Shown piece by piece: positions 20,969-28,271 of a DNA stretch of 30,938 bases. The notes under the pieces are model-generated. The model searched no databases. It had not been told where the DNA came from and worked only from the letters and a program-made list of their open reading frames with translations. The stretch lies in NCBI GenBank assembly GCA_041746415.1, contig JBGTHB010000062.1, positions 1-30,938 of the forward strand, read 5' to 3'. Numbering within the stretch: position 1 is the stretch's first letter; the number at the start of each line of letters is the position of its first letter. The translations under genes were made by a program, and so were the position numbers. The stretch is from Coxiellaceae bacterium (lineage in GTDB: Bacteria; Pseudomonadota; Gammaproteobacteria; Coxiellales; Coxiellaceae).

Positions 20969-22054
20969 ATGCCAAGCAGCCATGCGGTCCAAAACCATAA
21001 GCAACGCTGGATTATACTAAAGCTTATTAACCTATGTGATGAAAAAATTCATCAAACGCTTGCGGATATTGAAAATAATGCCAACTGGCAGCAGCTTGCT
21101 GCCAGTTGGCAAGGTTTGCAATGGCTGGTTGACACAACGCAACTGTCTACCAAACAAACCAAAATTAAATTACTCAATATCAAACCCCATGAAGCACTGA
21201 CTGATTTAGCGCTGAGCGATGATTTGACTAACAGTCATTTATACGAATTAATTTATCATCGCGAATTGGATTTTCCAGGTGGCGAACCCTTTGGGATTAT
21301 CATAGCGGATTTTTACAATGAAATTCGCTTGCTGCAATTGCTTGCTTATTTGGCGCAAGAAGCATTAACCATATTGTTAACTTCAACAACCCATCCCGAT
21401 AGCAATGATCATCTCACTTGGTCAGCGTTTGTCTGCGTGAGCTACCCTGCTGTGCGCATCAACACCCAGCTTTTTGTTAGCAGCAGTTATGCAGTCGCTA
21501 TTATTATTGCTTTAACTTTCCAACAAACAGGCTGGTTTTCACAAATCACCGATCATGCAATTAAAGCGCCTTTTATTGAGCCTGCGCATTATGAATTTAT
21601 TGATTCATTTACACCTGATACGAAGGTGTATTTGAGTGACAAACAAACTGATCAGCTAGCAACAAAAGGAGTGATTGGCATCAAATCATTGCATCTCAGT
21701 CATCAATTGGCTTTTTTCCATGCTGTTAGCGCAACACAGCAACAACCGTTAACACATCTTTTATGCGGCTGTCGTTTTGCACATTACTTAAAAGCGATTT
21801 TGCGCAACAAAACCGGTAATTTCACCACCACCGACCAATGCCAGCAATTATTACAAAAATGGTTATTAGGTTATTGCGCACAAAGTTCAGATTTGTCATC
21901 CGATTTAGCAGCACGCTACCCTTTAAAATCCGCTCATGTCACAGTAAAAGCGAACCAAACCAATCGCAGCGAATTTATTTGCCAGTTGTCATTAGTGCCT
22001 CATTGGCAACTTAACCAATTGGAAACCAAACTGCGTATTTTAATTAAGGTATAA
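20969..22054 (+). CDS. Truncated, divergent TssC paralog (TssC-like sheath-domain protein) sitting where hcp usually lies
   Basis: Several segments align with the upstream TssC. SWQGLQWLV matches SWRGMNYLV. FPGGEPFGIIIADFY matches MPGGEPYGVLIGDYTF. CRFAHYLKAILRNKTGNF matches SRFAHYLKIMARDKIGSY. The C-terminus ARYPLKSAHVTVKA matches AKYPLADAKIEVKP. About 100 residues are missing relative to TssC. The start was set at the ATG at 20969, 5 nt after the tssC stop. Confidence 0.7.
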   Translation: MPSSHAVQNHKQRWIILKLINLCDEKIHQTLADIENNANWQQLAASWQGLQWLVDTTQLSTKQTKIKLLNIKPHEALTDLALSDDLTNSHLYELIYHRELDFPGGEPFGIIIADFYNEIRLLQLLAYLAQEALTILLTSTTHPDSNDHLTWSAFVCVSYPAVRINTQLFVSSSYAVAIIIALTFQQTGWFSQITDHAIKAPFIEPAHYEFIDSFTPDTKVYLSDKQTDQLATKGVIGIKSLHLSHQLAFFHAVSATQQQPLTHLLCGCRFAHYLKAILRNKTGNFTTTDQCQQLLQKWLLGYCAQSSDLSSDLAARYPLKSAHVTVKANQTNRSEFICQLSLVPHWQLNQLETKLRILIKV

Positions 22055-22055
22055 T

Positions 22056-22481
22056 ATGACTAATTCAACGCATCAACAATTAATTAACGACATTAAAATA
22101 GCACTTGAAGAGTTACTCAACACACGCAAACACTATTATTTTAATATTAAACGCTGGCCGCTTGTGACCAAATCCATTTTAGGCTATGGCTGTTGTGACT
22201 TTTCTAAAATGATCAATGGTTCGCAACTTACTTTTGCCACTGTGGAATTTGAAATAAAACAAGCAATCGAGCAGTTTGAGCCACGGGTTCAACACGTGTC
22301 GGTGCATATTGAATACAGCGAGCAACAACAGCTTTTCCTTACTATCACGGTTGAATTAAAAAACACGCAAAACATAGCGCTTTATTTACAATCCAATGCT
22401 CTTAACACCGCGCACTCAATAAAATTAAAAGGTCAGGAAAATGCTGCAAACGATTTTGGACTATTATCAAACCGAGCTTGA
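22056..22481 (+). CDS. tssE: Type VI secretion baseplate protein TssE (gp25-like)
   Basis: The 141-aa protein has LEELLNTRK and IKQAIEQFEPRVQHVSV, which correspond to the TssE LLNTR-G and FEPRL motifs. Confidence 0.75.
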   Translation: MTNSTHQQLINDIKIALEELLNTRKHYYFNIKRWPLVTKSILGYGCCDFSKMINGSQLTFATVEFEIKQAIEQFEPRVQHVSVHIEYSEQQQLFLTITVELKNTQNIALYLQSNALNTAHSIKLKGQENAANDFGLLSNRA

Positions 22482-24069
22482 AGCATTGTATGAACAAGCA
22501 CTTTATTTTGCTAAAGCGCATCCACAATACGCCAGCCAACTTGGTATATTGCCTTTTGCCATAAAAAACCCTGAGTTGGAACGCTTATTACAAGGAACCG
22601 CTTTTTTAACAGCGCGCATACAAAAAAAAATAGATGGCGATTTTAAACAAATAAGTCATGTCTTGTTGACAGCAATAATGCCAGCATTGTTACAGCACTC
22701 ACCAGCAGCGGGTATTGCGTGCTATCAACCTAATAGTGACCCCAGCGACAACTTCATCCTAGAGAAATCAACACCTTTTCATGCCACCACTACCACCGGT
22801 GACACAGTAATTTTCACAAACCCACAGCCAGTTCATATCAGCAAAGCTAAAATAAAAAGCACCCTCTATAAAAGAACCACCCACGGGGCGGAGCTGGTTA
22901 TTAAGCTCAGCTGTGTAGATAACAACACTCTGAATTTTTACCTTAATACCAACAATCAATCTGCTCACGCTGTCATAACCGCACTTTTGCAAAGTCGCAT
23001 TAGCACTACTCATCAGCCTCAGGAGCCGCACTTACAGCTTTATGCGTTAGCAGCACAAAATTGCTGGCTTGCTCAACCCGCTAATCTTTTATTTATTTAC
23101 CAAATTATACGTGAATTTTTTCACTACCCTCTTAAAAGACAATTCTTCAGCTTAACTAATCTTTGCGTATACAATGAAGCGGTAGACATTACGTTTTATT
23201 TTAAAAAATTTGATACGCAGTTTGAACGCCTAATCCATACCAATTTATTGCAACTCAATTGCTTCCCGCTTATCAACCAATATTCAACTACATGCGAACC
23301 GATTAAGCTCAATCATGACGTAGCGCAACAAACTATTCAACTTGACAATATCATTGCGATTGAAAATGTGACTGCCTATAAAAATGATGGTGAAATGATT
23401 AATGTTGCGCCGTTGTTGGAAAATCCTTCAAGTGCAACTGAGTTGTGCTATTACGCGCACTACAACACCGAGCTAAATAAAACTCAGCTAAGTTTTAACT
23501 CTAGCCAAGACTATGCGCAAATTGATTTACTGGAAGTGCAAGCCTTAAAAAGCAATCAAGAAGCGATTGAAACCATTTTAAATGATTCAGCAAATCTTGC
23601 TGCTCATGATGAAACTCAACTCGATAGCGCCGTCTTGTGTTGGCAAAGCCAACTCTACCCCGGTAGTTTCAACCAAATTAACCAGCAACATTATTGGCAA
23701 TTAATCGCGTTGTTAAATCAACCACTACAATACGCACCAGCCCATGCGGATGCTGTTTTAAGTCAACTAAAATTATTATTACGCGCACTGCATCCAGCCT
23801 CAGCATCAAAATTCTCCGGCTTAATTGATGACTTATCTCAACTGAGCATTAAATTGATTACGGGTCGATCACGTACAGCTGGCTTTTCGGCCGTGACTTA
23901 CGGTTACGAATTTAATTTACTAGTGGACACTGACGACGGCAATAAGTCGGAATTATCCTTGTTAGGCTTATTACTCTTTCATTATTTACAAGCCACTGTT
24001 GAAATGAACCGCTTTGTTATTTTAATTTTGCGCAACAAACAACATCAGGTATTGCACCAATGGCAATAG
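22441..24069 (+). CDS. tssF: Type VI secretion baseplate protein TssF
   Basis: The N-terminus MLQTILDYYQTELEALYEQALYFAKAHPQYASQLG...ELERLLQGTAFLTARIQKKIDGDF is the canonical TssF N-terminus. The protein is 542 aa and overlaps tssE by 41 nt. Confidence 0.85.
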   Translation: MLQTILDYYQTELEALYEQALYFAKAHPQYASQLGILPFAIKNPELERLLQGTAFLTARIQKKIDGDFKQISHVLLTAIMPALLQHSPAAGIACYQPNSDPSDNFILEKSTPFHATTTTGDTVIFTNPQPVHISKAKIKSTLYKRTTHGAELVIKLSCVDNNTLNFYLNTNNQSAHAVITALLQSRISTTHQPQEPHLQLYALAAQNCWLAQPANLLFIYQIIREFFHYPLKRQFFSLTNLCVYNEAVDITFYFKKFDTQFERLIHTNLLQLNCFPLINQYSTTCEPIKLNHDVAQQTIQLDNIIAIENVTAYKNDGEMINVAPLLENPSSATELCYYAHYNTELNKTQLSFNSSQDYAQIDLLEVQALKSNQEAIETILNDSANLAAHDETQLDSAVLCWQSQLYPGSFNQINQQHYWQLIALLNQPLQYAPAHADAVLSQLKLLLRALHPASASKFSGLIDDLSQLSIKLITGRSRTAGFSAVTYGYEFNLLVDTDDGNKSELSLLGLLLFHYLQATVEMNRFVILILRNKQHQVLHQWQ

Positions 24070-24869
24070 CGGATTTTTTTCATATAGTACATTCCTTGCA
24101 GCTAACCGCCACTAAACCGTTGCAGTTTGCTGCAGCACACTCAACTACCGTGAATTTAAATGACATTGATAAAATCACGGCCACTGCGGACGCGGTGTGC
24201 ATCCACATTAACTTTATGCAACTCTATGGTGTCTCTGGCATCATGCCTAATAACGACTTTGAAAAATTTCATGAATCAGCTCAGCAACGTGCGCCCGCCT
24301 TTGCTCAATTTACTCAACTGTTTCAGAATCACTTAACGCATTTACTCGTTAACGCTTGGCAATGCAATCAACCCACGCTGCAAATTAATCGTCTTAAGCG
24401 CACTCTAACTGAATGTTTTGATCTCAAAGATAACAACCTGGTGCCATACGTAAATTATATTCTGCGGCGACCGATTAGTACGTCCGCACTGCAACAATTG
24501 CTTAGCTCTCATTTAAGTTTGCCAGTGCGCATTAGTGAAAATAGTGGTAAATGGCTTGAAATAAATCAGGCAGAATACACACTGCTTGGTAAATCTTTTA
24601 ATAAGCTCGGTGCCACCAGTATGCTGGGAAAACGATTCTTTTCTCCCAGTGCCGCCGTGGGTATCGCTATTGGCCCATTAGATTACGCTAATTACTGTCA
24701 GCTCATTAAAGGCAAACAGCAACGTGCAGCTATTGAAAAAATGCTAGCGGCAGTGATGGATGCATGCGTTACAGCTCAGATAGCATTGCAATTACCTACA
24801 GCAGCACGTCCACCCTTACTATTAAGCAAAAACAGCCAGTTACAGCTTGGTTTTCATCTGTGGTTTTGA
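24060..24869 (+). CDS. tssG: Type VI secretion baseplate protein TssG (short form)
   Basis: VCIHINFMQLYGVSGIMPNNDFEKF...FAQFTQLFQNHLTHLLVNAWQ matches the TssG core. The protein is 269 aa and overlaps tssF by 10 nt. Confidence 0.7.
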   Translation: MAIADFFHIVHSLQLTATKPLQFAAAHSTTVNLNDIDKITATADAVCIHINFMQLYGVSGIMPNNDFEKFHESAQQRAPAFAQFTQLFQNHLTHLLVNAWQCNQPTLQINRLKRTLTECFDLKDNNLVPYVNYILRRPISTSALQQLLSSHLSLPVRISENSGKWLEINQAEYTLLGKSFNKLGATSMLGKRFFSPSAAVGIAIGPLDYANYCQLIKGKQQRAAIEKMLAAVMDACVTAQIALQLPTAARPPLLLSKNSQLQLGFHLWF

Positions 24870-25810
24870 ACACTAGCAGCTTCAGCGTTAACTTCATCAA
24901 ATTGTTTGCAACTCAAATTAGCTACAAACACGCTCAAAAGTGTGCTCAATAAAATATTCTTATTTTGTAAAATTACTGTCGCCAAAATTAAATTGACTAT
25001 TATGCGTATCGTAAACTGTACTGAATAACGCATTAAACGAGTTTGACCTAATAAAAAACTATCCAATTTTTTAGCTGGCAATAAATATTGTACTGCAAAA
25101 CTAATAGCAGCAAAAAATAGCAGAGTACCTTTAAACTGTTCTAGAAGTGCAAATAGATCTGTTTCCCAGTTTTCACCGCTAAACAGACATGACTCGGGGA
25201 ATGATTGGCAGTGATTAAAACTATTTGCAGCCTGTTCCAACTGGCTGTTGTTATAATCACGTTCTCGCAAATGACAAAGCAGATTGGGCAGGGTTACCTT
25301 ATTTATAAGATAATGGCTGTGGTTATAAACAGCCTTGCCATTATGTAATACAGGATATTTAGGGAAAGCTCCCATATTAGACGAATGAATCATATCGTGC
25401 ACAAACGAAAAATTGCTGTTGCACCAATTAATAATTTCTTCTTGGCTCTTGCCTAAAAAGGCATAATCAGTCTCATGATCTCTTTTAAGTTTAATAAATT
25501 GATCGCATACATCCTTAACCATATTTCTTCTAAAAAATAGTGAAAACCTCTCCTGGCTAAGCTTACCTTTAACACAGGATTGCAAATAGGGAGCGCCAAA
25601 ACCATGTAAGCTCAATATGGCATTTTTAAATTTCGCATCAACGAAAATATGTGCACCAGGTAAAAGATCGAACATAAAACAATTTCTATTTATCTCACAT
25701 TCAGCAAGACGACGCATACCGACAATAAAAGGCTTTAGTACACGCCTTAAATAAGCTCCGTCGGTCCAACTACCGAGGATAGCTTGTATTTCTTCTGACG
25801 ACATTCGCAT
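24854..25810 (-). CDS. Hypothetical protein of unknown function with a hydrophobic C-terminal region (2-3 predicted TM helices); convergent with tssG and overlapping it by 16 bp
   Basis: The 318-aa ORF shows no family signature I can recognise. The last ~90 aa are hydrophobic (LLFFAAISFAVQYLLP...IIVNLILATVILQ...LLSTLLSVFVANL). Confidence 0.5.
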   Translation of the reverse strand: MRMSSEEIQAILGSWTDGAYLRRVLKPFIVGMRRLAECEINRNCFMFDLLPGAHIFVDAKFKNAILSLHGFGAPYLQSCVKGKLSQERFSLFFRRNMVKDVCDQFIKLKRDHETDYAFLGKSQEEIINWCNSNFSFVHDMIHSSNMGAFPKYPVLHNGKAVYNHSHYLINKVTLPNLLCHLRERDYNNSQLEQAANSFNHCQSFPESCLFSGENWETDLFALLEQFKGTLLFFAAISFAVQYLLPAKKLDSFLLGQTRLMRYSVQFTIRIIVNLILATVILQNKNILLSTLLSVFVANLSCKQFDEVNAEAASVQNHR

Positions 25811-25950
25811 TTATCTATCTCCACCGGCGGTATATTGGACCAATATTATATGGATATAGGTTAATAAATTACCATTAACTGAATATTAATAGATGAGATA
25901 TAAATCGAGTTAACCCAAGCGGCTTTTTACAGAGCGACGACGCTTCGGCA

Positions 25951-26028
25951 CGTGGATCACTACGCCCGAGGACTCAGTCGATGACGGCATTGGGTTGTTG
26001 CGACGTTTTCCGTCGTTGCAAGTCCTCG
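25951..26028 (+). repeat. Member of the intergenic repeat family, embedded in a long-range 8-bp stem structure
   Basis: cgtggatcactacgcccgaggactcagtcgatgacgg is related to the elements at 11458 and 29853. cgaggact (25966-25973) pairs with agtcctcg (26021-26028) and encloses an internal hairpin, gacgttttccgtc. The element lies between two minus-strand genes. Confidence 0.55.
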
Positions 26029-26061
26029 AAGCAATCTACACCAACTGCAATGGCAATTACG

Positions 26062-26766
26062 TTATACGCCCTTCACTTTCTGCTTAAACGGTTGCAGCGC
26101 TGCTCGAATGTTGGCGTACAATTGCGGCAACCAGGTCACTTTTTCCCGTGATGGCAGTGGTTTTTGGTAGCGCAAATCATTGGGGGCAATAATCACCTCA
26201 ATATTTTTTATGCCGACTAAATCAGCTAACACGAACAATTGCTGTATATTGGTATCACCAATCGCTATGCAGCCAATCGACAATTTATTGCCGTGAATAA
26301 AAATATCACCGCCTAAATTGGTGCGATGATCCAAAAGAGCATGATAACGATCAAACGCATTCGGATAACTAACGTGCATCGAAAGATCAAAACGGCTCTC
26401 TGGATTTAAACCGATAATGTGATATATCCCTTCTGGCACTTGATCATCCATGCTGTGTAATTTAGGTCCTGGACCACCACTGGCCGCATACACCCGGAAA
26501 TTTTTGATATGGTGCCAACGTGATTGAGTGCTATCGCGTGCCCACAACTCCATTCTTTTTTCGTGCTTAAATACTAATAAAGTAATTTGTTTGGGGGGGT
26601 AATTGACCTGCGCCTTTGCAAAATCTGGCTTTAAACGTGCCTCTGCGTACTTAGAATACTCGTTTACTTTATAATGCAGCACCTGATCATATGTCATTTG
26701 CTTAGCACAAGCGGCCAAGAGTAATGCAACCACAGTGAGAATAAGCAAACGCAGTGTTTTCATCAT
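26062..26766 (-). CDS. L,D-transpeptidase family lipoprotein (YkuD/ErfK-YbiS-YcfS-YnhG domain)
   Basis: The signal peptide has a lipobox (LLAACAKQ). The catalytic motif IFIHGNKLSIGCIAIGD matches the L,D-transpeptidase HG-x(n)-SxGC pattern. Confidence 0.75.
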   Translation of the reverse strand: MMKTLRLLILTVVALLLAACAKQMTYDQVLHYKVNEYSKYAEARLKPDFAKAQVNYPPKQITLLVFKHEKRMELWARDSTQSRWHHIKNFRVYAASGGPGPKLHSMDDQVPEGIYHIIGLNPESRFDLSMHVSYPNAFDRYHALLDHRTNLGGDIFIHGNKLSIGCIAIGDTNIQQLFVLADLVGIKNIEVIIAPNDLRYQKPLPSREKVTWLPQLYANIRAALQPFKQKVKGV

Positions 26767-26920
26767 GTCTGATTCAATCCTTTGTTCAGGGTGCTAACTT
26801 TATTATATCTTTGGCATTATATCCTTGGGAAGTGACGCTTGCCAATTATTTGTTCGCAACTCGCATTTTTAATCACGAATAGTGTATTATCTCCCCCAAT
26901 TAAATCAAAAAGGATTGGCT

Positions 26921-28261
26921 ATGAAATTGTTGCGCTTCACCTTAATCCCATTGCTCCTCATTGTTTTGACTCCACCCTCTGCGATATTAATTTGGTATAC
27001 CAACACCACACTCGGCGGTTCGCTTTACGCCTTGTGGCAACAATTTTTGAGTAACGGGTTTATTTCAACGTTATACCATATTTGGTCACCGGTATTTTTT
27101 GGCTCAGCAAAAGCATGGGGCATTATTTTTATTTTCGCAGCAACACAACTGCTACTAATGCGGTTGGTGCCGGGCAAAAAAGAATATGGCCCAGTTACCC
27201 CTCAAGGCAACACACCGGTTTATAAAGCCAATGGTTTTACTTGTTTTGTGATCACAATTTCATTATTTGTCGTCACCAGTTTTGGCTTACACTGGTACTC
27301 ACCCGCCATTGTCTACAACAATTTTGGCGCAATTTTGGGTGCATTAAATTGTTTTAGTTTGTTGTTTTGTGTTGGTTTATATTTGAAGGGGCGCTTCAAA
27401 CCTTCAACTAGTGATGCTGGCATAACGGGCAATATTCTCTTTGATTACTACTGGGGCACAGAACTTTATCCTCGTGTTCTAGGCTGGGACATCAAACAGT
27501 TTACCAACTCACGCTTTGGCATGATGAGCTGGCCAATTATTATTTTGTCGTTCGCTGCCAAACAAGATCAGTTGTACGGTTTGAGCAATTCTATGTGGGT
27601 CGCGGTGGCCATCATGTTGGTTTATATCGGTAAATTCTTTTTATGGGAAATGGGCTACATGCGCTCACTGGATATCATGCACGACCGCGCTGGTTATTAT
27701 ATTTGCTGGGGTTGTTTAGTCTGGGTGCCTGCGGTTTACACTTCGCCGATTCTATATTTGGTCAATCATCCAATAGAGCTTAACGAACTCAGCGCGTTTT
27801 TAATTTTAATCGCTGGTATTAGCAGCGTACTTATTAATTTCTGGGCGGATAAACAGCGACTGCGAGTGCGCGCCACCAATGGCAACTGCACAGTTTGGCG
27901 CAAACCACCCGTGCTTATTAAGGCCAACTACACCACGGCAACAGGCGAGCAAAAACACAGTTTATTATTAGCTTCAGGTTGGTGGGGCGTGGCGCGGCAT
28001 TTTCATTATGTGCCAGAAATCCTCGGTGCTTTTTTTTGGACGTTACCCGCACTGTTTCATCATTTGTTACCCTGGTTTTATGTTATCTTTTTAACCGTAT
28101 TATTGTTGCATCGCTCACTCCGTGATGAACAACGCTGCCGCTTAAAATACGGCATTTATTGGCAGCAGTATTGTGAGAAAGTGCCGAATCGCTTGCTCCC
28201 AGTGATAATAACCCGTACCTTAAACCAACTGCTCTTTTTCTGGAAATCTTCAGTAAATTAA
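26921..28261 (+). CDS. Sterol reductase, ERG4/ERG24/DHCR7 family (eukaryotic-type delta-7 or delta-14 sterol reductase homolog)
   Basis: This is a polytopic membrane protein. Its C-terminal signature LLASGWWGVARHFHYVPEI...HLLPWFYVIFLTVLLLHRSLRDEQRCRLKYGIYWQQYCEKVPNRLLP aligns residue by residue with the DHCR7 and ERG24 signature (GxWGxxRHxxY...LLxHRxxRDxxRCxxKYGxxWxxYCxxVPYRIxP). The start was moved to MKLLRF, which has an AAGGA ribosome-binding site. Confidence 0.9.
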   Translation: MKLLRFTLIPLLLIVLTPPSAILIWYTNTTLGGSLYALWQQFLSNGFISTLYHIWSPVFFGSAKAWGIIFIFAATQLLLMRLVPGKKEYGPVTPQGNTPVYKANGFTCFVITISLFVVTSFGLHWYSPAIVYNNFGAILGALNCFSLLFCVGLYLKGRFKPSTSDAGITGNILFDYYWGTELYPRVLGWDIKQFTNSRFGMMSWPIIILSFAAKQDQLYGLSNSMWVAVAIMLVYIGKFFLWEMGYMRSLDIMHDRAGYYICWGCLVWVPAVYTSPILYLVNHPIELNELSAFLILIAGISSVLINFWADKQRLRVRATNGNCTVWRKPPVLIKANYTTATGEQKHSLLLASGWWGVARHFHYVPEILGAFFWTLPALFHHLLPWFYVIFLTVLLLHRSLRDEQRCRLKYGIYWQQYCEKVPNRLLPVIITRTLNQLLFFWKSSVN

Positions 28262-28271
28262 AAGGATTGAC

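Noticed and set aside
20891-22054. Longer start of the TssC paralog at 20891
   Set aside because: The extension overlaps the last 24 codons of tssC out of frame. The ATG at 20969, directly after the tssC stop, is the more plausible start.
26839-27054. 71-aa ORF and the 26882 start upstream of the sterol reductase
   Set aside because: The MKLLRF start at 26921 has a ribosome-binding site and begins directly with the first TM helix. The upstream extensions have none.
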